In this document: in pieces, positions 13,474 to 24,380 of the stretch | Numbering within the stretch: position 1 is the first letter of the stretch | Layout: the number at the start of each line of letters is the position of its first letter | Origin: Octopus bimaculoides | Lineage: Eukaryota | Direction: 5' to 3' | DNA length: 64,000 nt | Assembly (NCBI RefSeq): GCF_001194135.2 | Contig: NC_068985.1 | Location: forward strand, 100,439,090-100,503,089 | Notes under the pieces: generated by a model | The model's database searches: none | Told to the model about the DNA's origin: nothing | The model's input: only the letters and a program-made list of their open reading frames with translations | Made by a program: the position numbers and the translations under genes

Positions 13474-14118
13474 AAGGCTGGGAGCTGGCAGGATCGTTAG
13501 CACACCGAGCGAAATGCTTAGCGGCATTTCGTCCGTCTTTACGTTCTGAGTTCAAATTCCGCCTTGGTCGACTCTGCTTTTCATCCTTTCGGAGATCTAT
13601 GAAATAAGTACCACCTTAGCACTGAGATCGATGTAATCGACCTAAATCCGCTCTCGAAATTACTGGCCGTGTGCCAAAATTTGAAACGAATATTAACTTC
13701 ATTCCTAAGGTGGCAAGCTGGTAGATTCGTTAACATACCGGCAAAATGCTTAGCGTTATTTCGTCCGTTTTTAGGTTCTGAGTTCAAACTACGGCCAGGT
13801 CGGCTTTTCTTTTCATCCTTTCAGGTTCGATAAAGTAAGTACCAATTGAGGTCGATGTAATCGACTATACCCTTCCTCTGAAATCGCTAGCTTTATGCCA
13901 AAATTTGAAACCAAACCAACATTCATTTCTGTGTCTGCAGACATAAGTGTGTCGAATCTAACTTAATGGCAGAATTAACATCATGGGATAGATTTAACTA
14001 AGAGCGATAGGGAATTGAATTTAATCAGAACAGTGAACTTTAGTAGACTGATGTAATCGATGTAACTGAGCGAATCCCACACGCGAAATTGCTGGCCTTG
14101 TGTTAAAATTTGAAACTG
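13474..14118 (+). mobile_element. Composite SINE family A insertion (two full units + spacer + tail fragment) flanked by a 19-bp direct repeat
   Basis: Units at ~13474-13690 and ~13706-13915, tail at ~14040-14118. TAATATTAATTCTGCTCCT occurs at 13455-13473 and 14119-14137. Confidence 0.85.
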
Positions 14119-14192
14119 TAATATTAATTCTGCTCCTCTGAAGCGTCTTAGATCATGTGATCTAATATATATTTTTTCCTACTAATTTACTT

Positions 14193-14362
14193 CGTTTCTC
14201 TAACTTAGCCCTTTACGAAAACTTTCATGGAGCCCTCATTTTTGAACTGCAACATTGTCTAATATGCTTGGGTTTCCCTCATAACCACACATCAAATTAA
14301 TTACGTTTTCTCTTTTACTCCTCAATTATTGCCTGTAATGTGAACGAGAATAAATAAAATGT
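14193..14362 (+). repeat. Unclassified dispersed repeat, copy 2
   Basis: See 12866-13060. Confidence 0.75.
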
Positions 14363-14389
14363 TTTTTTTACAACAACCTCACCATACAG

Positions 14390-14522
14390 GCACAGTGTGA
14401 TAAGAAGATTGCTTTACAACCACATGATTCCAGGGTCGATCACACTGCGTGGTACCTTAGGCAAGTGTCTTCTACTATAGCCTCGGGCTGAAACCTTATG
14501 AGTGGATTTGGTAAACGGAAAA
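14390..14522 (+). mobile_element. SINE family B, 5' half
   Basis: CAACCACATGATTCC...CTGCGTGGTACCTTAGGCAAGTGTCTTCTACTATAGCCTCGGGC. Confidence 0.88.
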
Positions 14523-15544
14523 CGTAACTACCTTAAGCCTTCTCATTCCTTTCTAGGTTCATTGACATTCCTCCACCCGAAACTAACAACAATATCATAG
14601 TCTAGGTTCATAAGTAATTTTCTACTCTCATGCTATCAACAGACATCAGTATGTGTCTATATTCGATCGATGTTGTGTTTAATAAAGCATGTCGACCTAT
14701 TTCATATTGAAAACACTTATTTTAGTTAAATTTATCTAAGGAGTGTTCAACTGAAATTGAATCGTAAAACTAAAATTTGATGTAATCGTTATTTTTGACA
14801 GAACAGACTATATTTATAATAACTGCCAGATCTACTATGTTATCATACTTATGACCCCTAGAAAATGTACATATGACCCCCTAGAAAATGTATTCACTCT
14901 TTCATCCACTCTGCCTGTGTTTCTCTAATTTAAAATGAAACTGCAGAAAATTATAGCAAAGATAGGTGAACGTTAAACAATATCTGATATAATGATTTCT
15001 TGTTTAACCTATGTAACTTAATAAAACGTGAGATAGAAATTAATCGAAGTTCAGTTTTCTGTTATAGAAATATTCCGATAGGTTTTCAAACTCACATACA
15101 CATCGGCTAACAGTTGCATCTACGTGGTATTTCTTTCTGATGTCAATTTTGTTCTTCTACGTGTGTAAATTGAAGTTATTGAGTTGTAGCATAGGCATTT
15201 TTCAGACAGGATCAATGTCTTGAAAACTGCATTATCCAATATGTTTTTCATTCTTTGCACTAACAGATCGATCAACGATCGTTGGTAACTTTTTCGACAA
15301 CAGTGTGTTCAGGTTATGGAATTTTCGTAAGAGAAATAAAGATCGCTTTCCGTTGCCGCTCTTCGATGTTTTCTACAAGCCATCATCTTGCAAGCTATAG
15401 TGAATTCTGAGAGAGCGGGATGACAGTAAAATAGGAAAAGAGAGGGATAGTGAGAGCGATAGAGTGAGAGAGATGGGGAGAGGAAGAGAGAGAGAGAGAG
15501 GGGGGGGAGAGAGCTATCTGCACCTGGACAGTGATGAGAGTGCA

Positions 15545-15780
15545 AAATCTACCACTGCAGAATTTGAACTCAAAATGAAATGACGCTAAGCATTGCGCCT
15601 GGCGTGCTAACGTTTCTGCTAACTTGCCGCCTTAGAACAAATACTCTTTCTACTCTAGGCACAAGGCTCGAAATTCTTGGGGGAGGGTGTCAGTCGATTA
15701 CTGGTACGCAGCTAGTACTTAATTTATCTACCCCGAAAGGCTGAAAGGCAACGACCTCGGCGGTCATTTGAACTCAGAAA
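15545..15780 (-). mobile_element. Two partial SINE family A copies; the second is 5'-truncated with a 13-bp TSD
   Basis: CTTAGAACAAATA at 15631-15643 and 15781-15793 flanks the 15644-15780 copy. Confidence 0.8.
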
Positions 15781-16209
15781 CTTAGAACAAATATTACAAG
15801 GGATATTCTGTCCAAGATTATTATAGCTTTACTGATTCGCTATCTTCCCCATCGTGTACGTGTTTTCTTTTTTTAGCTGGTTTCATGCAAATAAGATTTA
15901 TAATATAATTTCATGATGGCAAATTATTTACTTGCAAGGCTAATGAGCGAAGCCCTCTACGCAGTCACTCAACTTGCTAGAAATAAGCACGACATTTGAT
16001 CCCACTCAGTTCTCATCTTACCGCTTTAAAACCAGGAGTAGTCAATATTTGTTTACTTATATAAAAATTTAGGGTGTGATAAGAGGAAATTTAGTTGGTA
16101 TCTTTCGTAAGTTGAGCGATAGCGTAGAAAGAAGCCTTCCTTTCCTGGCTCGGCGAATAAGTAATGCGATATCATGAAAGTATCTATCAACACTTTTGTT
16201 CTAATAAAA

Positions 16210-16258
<49 letters not shown>

Positions 16259-17011
16259 TAACAACAACAACAACAAACAAATACTGAGATAATTCATCAT
16301 TATTAATTAAACCTTAGTATTTTTACATTCAATAGATAAAAATCATCATGTTTCCCCTAACTAGTTACATACGCGTCTGATATTGGCAATTTTGCTATTC
16401 ATAAGCAAGACTTAAAAAAAAAATGAAGAAGAGATAGATAGAGAGAGGGGAGGGGGAAGAAAAGTAAAAATAGCTCGTAAATCAACATAAATAAACGAAG
16501 ATATAAATTAGCTGCAGAACGAGGAACACCAGGAAAAAATTACAAAATGAAAAGAAAAGAGAACTGTTCAAATTTTAAAATTCCCAAAAACAATAATACT
16601 AATTACCAAGAAATTTGGCGAATTTTTAATCAAGCACAAAGAAATTCCCGTCAGATTTATTTCGCTAAAGATTCCAGTAATTGTCTGGTATATTAATTAA
16701 TTAAACAATTTGTATTCATTCAATNNNNNNNNNNNNNNNNNNNNNNNNNNNNNNNNNNNNNNNNNNNNNNNNNNNNNNNNNNNNNNNNNNNNNNNNNNNN
16801 NNNNNNNNNNNNNNNNNNNNNNNNNNNNNNNNNNNNNNNNNNNNNNNNNNNNNNNNNNNNNNNNNNNNNNNNNNNNNNNNNNNNNNNNNNNNNNNNNNNN
16901 NNNNNNNNNNNNNNNNNNNNNNNNNNNNNNNNNNNNNNNNNNNNNNNNNNNNNNNNNNNNNNNNNNNNNNNNNNNNNNNNNNNNNNNNNNNNNNNNNNNN
17001 NNNNNNNNNNN

Positions 17012-17063
<52 letters not shown>

Positions 17064-17470
17064 TATTCCAGTGGGTGACAAGTTCAAAAAGAAGCTATTT
17101 GTTGTCAATTAGAATCTTGAATTCACGCAAAGCCTAAGGTGAAACAATATATATGGTACGACGTGACAACGCTAAGCAGTGATGTCTATAAAATGATAAC
17201 TTGCTACCAGTTCAAATATGCTTGAGGCATACTCGAACTCGTAAGAAGACCATTCACTGTATTTTATCAGCGAGAAAATTTTTTGTTATACACACATAGG
17301 TGTAAAAACATTAAGTCAATTGGCATCGCTGCCTAACCAGACTATTGGATGCATGCATGCATTTCGGAGTGGTTATCCCCTCTTCAGCAACAGAAACAGA
17401 GAGTCTGATATTATATCTGAGTAATGATTATGGTTTAAATATTTTTCATTTGTCTTGATGACAATGGTGC

Positions 17471-17715
17471 TCTTGCTTTTTTTTTTTTGCTTCTATATCT
17501 TCTGCAGGAGTTACCTCAAACTTATAAATATTAACCAAAATGAAGTAGATTGATACGTTTATTTTTTGAACCTGTGGAAGACACAGAGATGTCGAAATAT
17601 CGTTCCCCTAATGACAATGGCACTCTTCTTTTTTTTTTGCTATTATTATTATTATTATTATTAGTAGTAGTAGTAGTAGTATTAGTATTATTATGGAGTG
17701 AGAGAGCAGTGTATG
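17471..17715 (+). repeat. Local duplication, copy 1 (copy 2 at 19550-19775)
   Basis: Near-identical ~240 bp including the (TAT)n tract and the start of the adjacent element. Confidence 0.9.
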
Positions 17716-18108
17716 CCATCAAAGTAACACTGCAGTTAAATATACGAAGCCCATTATACCCATCATGACTACCTGTCTGATAAGGGTACACCAGGCATAT
17801 GATCTCATATCAAGATAAACAGCGCATGACCTCGCAGGTGTGGCCCAGTTAGAATTTTCTTCAGGTCGAGTAGCCCATCCCGCTCAAAAGGTCCCTGAAT
17901 AAGGTTTGTTTAAGGATGTTGAGCAAAACACCTGTTTCCAAAGGTGTACTATTCAAACCCCCATGAACTCCTCTCAACACATGGCTATGATGCTCCCTCA
18001 CTATTTCTGCTTGTGATCATGGTAACAATTCCAACCAGTTCATGATAACACTTCCAATTAGTTAAGATGAGAAGCCAAGTGAGTCACTGCCTGGTACTGC
18101 ATCAGGGA

Positions 18109-18110
<2 letters not shown>
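17695..18110 (-). mobile_element. Non-coding ~415-bp interspersed element bounded on both sides by (TAA)n
   Basis: GC-richer block between the (TAT/TAG)n tract at 17641-17693 and (ATT)n at 18110-18165. Its first ~20 bp recur at 19756-19775. No ORF. Strand is inferred from the TAA reading. Confidence 0.55.
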
Positions 18111-18165
<55 letters not shown>

Positions 18166-18368
18166 GCATGGTGTGAACAAATACATACATACATATATGA
18201 AAGCAGCAGCTGAATTATAATTAATGTTATCACTTAATTGTTCTCTGAAACATGAGCAGAATTGATGTGGCTTTTCACTTTTGGTAGGGACTTAGACTCG
18301 TTTGTACTGATGTGGTAATTATAGATCGGCCGGCCCCATGATGCACAATCTTTTTCATATTCCAGTAA

Positions 18369-18404
<36 letters not shown>

Positions 18405-19209
18405 GCATACAAATACACACAGACAAATGCACGCGCACATACACAATCCCATATACACACATACACTCACATACACTCACACATAGACGCACAAACATAG
18501 ACAAACACACACATAGGCACACTCACAAACACACACAAACTCGCACATACACATAGACACACACATACATACACACACACACACACACGTACAAGCCCAC
18601 TCACGTACGCAAATTATCTCGCCGCATTTCTTTCCACCTTCACGCTATAGTTTATACGTCTTCAGTTTTCTGTGTATTTGCTTCTTTCTCTCTTCCTTCG
18701 TGGGGCTTGGTTTTTGTGTTGCTGATGACGTAAATTTTTCTTTTTTTATTTTACTTTATGTTGGGTTTCGTTAAGATATTCGTTGAAAGAATACAAATTG
18801 TTTAATTAATTAATATCCCAGACAATTACTTGAATGTTTAGCGAAATAAATCTGACAAGAATTTTTTCCTGTCTTATTAGAAATGCCTAATGATCGTGTG
18901 TATTCGTGAATATGTGTGTTTGTGTGTGTGTGTGTGTGAAAGATTAGCTCTGCATTATCAATTCTGACGTCATTCTTTGTGAGTATAATTGACAAAATAT
19001 AAAGAAAAAAAGTAACATTAACGAAATTTCTTTCGTTCAGTTAGAAACATTTTTACCGGAAATATAATAAAGTCCGCAAAGCTACAAAAAAAAAATGAAA
19101 GATCATAGTAATAAATAAAATAAAATAAATGGATAATAGAGGCTGCTAACGGATAACTGTACTAGTTCTAATCTGCATCTGTAGATGTCTGTAGACTAAT
19201 TCGTCTATC

Positions 19210-19395
19210 TTTTATCTCTTACTTGTTTCAATCATTCAACTACGCCTATACTGGAGTACAATCTTGGAGGAATTTATTCGAACGAATTATTTTTTTTAAA
19301 GCCTGGTTCTTATACTATTGATACTTTCAGCCGAAATGCTACGTTAAGGGATGTAAACAAACCAACACCGGTTATCAATCAATGGTGGGGGACAA
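19210..19395 (-). mobile_element. SINE family B, 3' half, degenerate
   Basis: Reverse complement of ...CCGGTGTTGGTTTGTTTACATCCC...GACTGAAACAAGTAAGAG. Confidence 0.7.
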
Positions 19396-19454
19396 ACAGA
19401 AATTCTCTTTCTTTCTCTCTCTCTCTCTCTCTCTCTAACATATATATGCATATA

Positions 19455-19488
<34 letters not shown>

Positions 19489-19549
19489 AGAAGTCTCGTT
19501 CAGTTTCACTTGACGAAATTCACTTACAAGAGTTTGGCCAGCCTGCTCT

Positions 19550-19775
19550 TCTTGCTTTTTTTTGCTTCTATATCTTCTGGAGGAGTTACCTCAAACCTAT
19601 AAATATTAACCAAAATGAAGTAGATTGATACGTTTATTTTTTGAACCTTTAGAAGACACAGAGATGTCGAAATATCGTTCCCCTGATGACAATGGCACTC
19701 TTCTTTTTTTTTTGCTATTATTATTATTGTTATTATTAGTATTAGTATTATTATTGAGTGAGAGAGCAGTGTATG
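19550..19775 (+). repeat. Local duplication, copy 2
   Basis: See 17471-17715; cut at 19776 by a SINE B head. Confidence 0.9.
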
Positions 19776-19865
19776 TAGAAGACTCTTGACCAAAGTGCCA
19801 AGGAGTGGAATTGAGCTTGGAACCATATGGGTGGGAAGCAAACTTCATACCTCACAGCCACGCAC
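19776..19865 (-). mobile_element. SINE family B head
   Basis: Reverse complement of GTGGCTGTG.GGTA.GAAGTTTGCTTCCCACCCATATGGTTCC. Confidence 0.75.
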
Positions 19866-20196
19866 ACAAAAACTATTAAATAAAAATTACTGGTGGCAAT
19901 GACAAATGAGGGCAAATTTATAGCATCATTTCAATCAGGTTCGTTAGTCCTTCGTTAGTGAAGACAAGACAATATTCTTAGCTTGAGATATAAGGTTACA
20001 GATTATAGAGAACTATACGTTGTTGTTGTTGCCGTTCTTGTAGCTGTTGTTGTTAGTATCGTTTACTCATAATCAGCACCGAATCAGCAGAAGTATGATT
20101 TCGTCTTCTCTTCAAGCACGTTCTGTCAACGACTACGATATCCAAAATTGTCTTTCGTGTTTTAGAACAGTACTGTCGAATTAAAAAAAAGTTGGG

Positions 20197-20438
20197 CTGT
20201 CATTTCCAGCAGGTCGAGTGACTGTGTACACGCTCCTTCTTTGGCCTCGGAAATTTTGTGTAAGTGGACAGTTGATAAGTCCAGTGAGTGAGACAAAAAA
20301 CATCGACAAAGAACACCGACCAGCTGGGACTGTGCATGCGGTCCCCTCAGGATGTAAATTATCTATTATGACCGGATATATTTAGTTTTTAGATTCTATG
20401 AAACACTAGATGGTCGCTCGACTTGCTAGAAACAACAG
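20197..20438. repeat. Inverted pair of a ~26-bp repeat motif (third copy near 15964)
   Basis: The reverse complement of 20197-20222 (GTCACTCGACCTGCTGGAAATGACAG) resembles 20413-20438 and 15964-15986 (GTCACTCAACTTGCTAGAAATA). Confidence 0.55.
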
Positions 20439-20504
20439 GTGGATTACTCTAAAATCACGTAAACAAGGAAGAACATTTTGAGTAATGCGGTTTTGAATGC
20501 ATGT

Positions 20505-20710
20505 TTGTGTGTCTGTGTCTGTTCCCACACTATCGCTTGGCAAACGATGCTGGTGTGTTTAGGTCCCCGTAACTTAGCAGTTCGGCAAAAGACGTTGATA
20601 GAATAAATACTAAGCTTACAAAGAATAGGTCCTGGGAGTCGATTCGTTCGATTAAAGGCGGTGCTCCAGCATGGCCGCAGTCAAATGACTGAAACAAATA
20701 AAAGAATAAA
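20505..20710 (+). mobile_element. SINE family B, 3' half
   Basis: CGATGCTGGTGTGTTTAGGTCCCCGTAACTTAGC...GGCGGTGCTCCAGCATGGCCGCAGTCAAATGACTGAAAC. Confidence 0.9.
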
Positions 20711-21257
20711 GGAGTATATATATAATGAATGATAAACATATTAAAAAGGGGTCCGTGAGAAAACTCATTTAAATAAAACGGTTGGAATTCTCTGTTGGGA
20801 ACGACCGTGAAAAGGTCGAGAACCCCTGCTTTAAGCCATGCGCTTCACACTGTTCCAAACAACAGCCTCAAAATGATAATTATTTTGTTAAATTCTTAAT
20901 TATTTTCAAAATTAATTGAAAGAAAAGCAACATATTTTAACAGAAGTATGGCAACATAAAGGTTTTTGTCTTTACCATTGCCGCAATGCTGCGATGCCAT
21001 CGGCCTGTGGGTGGAACATGGTCAGCTGTCCATGCAGTAACCGGTTAATTGGACATCTGCTCTCACCACCTCTTCTTTCCACGCACACATGTTCACTACC
21101 AGACACACTGCATGTCTGTCTTTTTGTCGCTCTTCTTATATAGGAGTGCGCGCGCGCGCATGAGTGTATGTGTGTGTGTGTGAGAGAGAGACAGACAGAC
21201 AGACAGAGGGGAAAGAAAGAGAGAATAATATAGGTTAGTCCACATTACTCGGTAAGG

Positions 21258-21472
21258 AGCCCAGGAGGTTTCTCGGTTTCTCTGGCGTATATATTCCTCC
21301 CTGGACAGGACGCCGTTCAGTCGCAGGATTACTCATTTTTGTAAGCTGAGTGGACAGAAGCAACGCGAAATGAAGTGTTTTCTTGAAGAAAACAATACAT
21401 CATCCGGTCCAAGAATCGAAATCACGATCTTATGATGATGAGTGTCACCACTCTAAATACTAAGACATGCGC
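21258..21472 (-). mobile_element. SINE family C (tRNA-like head at right end)
   Basis: Matches 36050-36275 and 37540-37625; head also at 35737-35807. Confidence 0.75.
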
Positions 21473-21689
21473 ATAGGTTTTTTCTGAATGTCTATATTCC
21501 GATTGCACTTCTTTATCGTTCAGGATCTAATTTCTATCACTGCATTACACAAAAATAAAATATTTAGATATAAAATATATTCGGTACGTAATTGGCAATT
21601 TATTCATAGGATTGTAATATGCTTAAATATTTAAAGAAAGTAATTATTGGAATCAATAAGAAATTTAAAGTGTGGAGATATAGGTTTAG

Positions 21690-22095
21690 GTGAGTGGAAA
21701 TGTAGTTGCTTCCAAACCACATGATTCCGGACTTAGTCCTACTGGGTAGCACCCTGGGCAGGTGTCTTTTACGATAGCCTATGGCCGACTAAAGCCTTAT
21801 GAGTGGATTTGGTAGACAGAAAGTGAAAGAAGGCGGCGAGCTGGCAGAATCGTTAGCACGCCGGGCGAAATGCTTAGCGGTATTTCGTCTGCCGCTACGT
21901 TCTGAGTTCAAATTCCACCGAGGTCGACTTTGCCTTTCATCCTTTCGGGGTTGATTAAATAAGTACCAGTTACGCACTGGGGTCCATGTAATCGACTTAA
22001 TCTCTTTGTCTGTCCTTGTAATAAATTGTGGGGTCGATTTGCGACAAAGTCCCATCACGACCGCAGTTTATTGACTGAAACAATAATAAAAGATA
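21690..22095 (+). mobile_element. SINE family B interrupted by a full SINE family A (21831-22020)
   Basis: B head/core to 21830, complete A unit, then B tail TGGGGTCGATTTG...GACTGAAACAATAATAAAAG. Confidence 0.85.
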
Positions 22096-22729
22096 AAAAA
22101 AGATCCCTTGCATGGAGCTTACCTCGTACTGTTGAATATTATCATTGGCACAAACTACCCATCTCAGAAGTGAGCGCGCATGATGTATTCGAGAAGAATC
22201 TACCACAGTAATTGATAATATCGGAAAGATGAAAAACAATGTCAACCCAGGTGGTAGCTGAAATTCTGAATGTAGAGACAGAAATACAAAGCATATTATT
22301 CGGTACTCTACGAATTCTGTATTGAACCATAAATTACGAAATCATCCTGTCACCTTTTGAGCGCTGTTGATTTATCAGTCGAAGATTTGACCGGATGCTG
22401 TGCAAAATATATCAACCGGGAATCGAAGCAATGTTGACAGACTCGGCTCACTGGCAGTCTTAGTTCTTGTTTTTGTTGCCATAGGTTTCTATTTCAAAGT
22501 GAGTTGTTGAGAAACTTTTATGTCTATAGTATGACTCAAAGGGTTATTATTCATTCCAGTAAAAATGTTATGATGATCGAAATAGTATAATATCGAGACT
22601 GACAGAAAATACCAGACAGGCAAATAATTATTAAATCATTTAATATTTTTCTTACAGACTGGACATATTCCATCAATAATTGTTTTCGATTTAGACCAGC
22701 AAGTTTGAAAGGCAAAAGACTAATATCGA

Positions 22730-24093
22730 TATAATCTACCATATTACTTGACTGGTACTTCATGTTATCGACCTCGGAGGGACGTAAGGCAAAGCTGTCC
22801 TAGGTGAAATTTGAACTCAAAATTGTAAAGTGACGAAAGAAATACTGCAAAGCATTTCCCCACCACTCCGACGATTATGCTACCTCGTTGCATTTTTAGA
22901 TTGCCATCAATAAACGTTTCTGATTTAGAAACAAGGCTGGCAAATTTGAAGAGAAGGGATTAATCTATACCATGAACTCAAGTACTTGACGATTACTTTA
23001 ATTTTTGGGCACCGAAGGGATGAAATGCAAAACTAATCTTAGCGAGCTCAAAAAAACGTAATGCGACTGATAAAATATTCAAAGCATTTTCCGACTTTCC
23101 AATGGCTCTGCCATCAATTGTTCTTTCTACTTAAGCATAGTGCCTGAAACATTTTGGCGGGACGGTTCTGGTCGATTACATCAACCCCAATACTTGACTG
23201 CTACTTATTTTTATCGACCCTGAAAAGGATGAAAAGCAAAATCGACCTCTGCGGAATTGGAACTCAGAAGTTAAAACCAGAAGAATTGTCACTAAGCATT
23301 TTGTCCGGAGAGTTAACAATTCTGCCAGCTTGTTACCTTTCTGGCATCAATAATATTTTCTCCTAAAGGCACTAAGTCTGAAATTTTAAGGGGAGGGGGT
23401 CTGGTCGATTACTTCGACCCAAGCGTGCAACTTGTACTTATTTCATCGACCCCCGAAAGAATGAAGAGCAAGTCGACCTCGGCGGAATTATTACTGAGAA
23501 CGTAGAGACAGAGGAAATGTCGTTAATCATTTTATTTGGCATGACAACGATTCTGCCAGATCACCGCCTTTCTGACCTCAAGAATGAAAAAAATAAAATG
23601 CAAATGATATTGGATATAGAAGTCAATCGGAAGAAGAAAGGAAAAAAATGATAGATATGAATATTTTCTACTCTAGGCAAACGGCCCGAAATTTTGGGGA
23701 AGGGGGACAGTCGATTAGATCGACCCTAGAATACAACTGGTACTTAATTTATCGACTCCGAAAGGATGGAAAGCAAAAAGTCGACCTCGGCGGAATTTGA
23801 ACTGAGAACGTAGTGGCAGACGAAATACCTATTTCTTTACTGTCCACAAGGGACTATACACAGAGGGGACAAACAAAGACAGACATACGGATTAAGTCGA
23901 AATATATCGACCCCAGTACGTAACTGGTACTTATTTAATCGACCCCGAAAGGATGAAAGGCAAAGTCGACCTCGGCGGAATTTGAACTCAGAACGTAACG
24001 GCAGACGAAATACCGCTAAGCATTTCGCCCGGCGTGCTAACGTTTCTTATTTCTTTATTGCCCACAAGGGGCTAAACATAGAGGGGACAAACA
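22730..24093 (-). mobile_element. Cluster of about seven same-orientation SINE family A copies, the last three head-to-tail
   Basis: Repeated GACCCCGAAAGGATGAAAGGCAAAGTCGACCTCGGCGGAATTTGAACT cores near 22770, 23015, 23215, 23450, 23755 and 23940, plus a tail-only unit at 24047-24093. Confidence 0.9.
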
Positions 24094-24094
24094 C

Positions 24095-24380
24095 CGTTAC
24101 TTAGAAGGGTGCACTGCTCGGAAATCAGGGATCCTATGCAGGTCAAATCGTTACATTGATAGGTCACAGCCCTGACCAAGGACGAGCTGGTTGGATGATG
24201 TCCATAATCTCAGTTGGTTATCTTTGGGCGCCACAGGATCCTATGAAGAAAACGTCTTAGGACTCTACCCGCCCCAATGACCCTCTCAGGAATAGTAATT
24301 AAAGAAGATCAATGGATGGTAGGTCATAAATAAGTTTACCTGACCAAGGCAGACTTGATGTTAAACGATAGAAGACAACA
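24095..24380 (+). mobile_element. Unclassified SINE-like or retroposon fragment
   Basis: GC-richer block ending GACTTGATGTTAAACGATAGAAGACAAC, a SINE-type 3' end; family not identified. Confidence 0.35.

Noticed and set aside
14850-14895. Short tandem duplications (also ~58003-58038 and the AT-rich minisatellite ~50990-51070)
   Set aside because: Ordinary slippage products with no further structure.
20812-20828. hAT-like TIR (reverse complement CAGGGGTTCTCGACCTT)
   Set aside because: No partner TIR or TSD found nearby.
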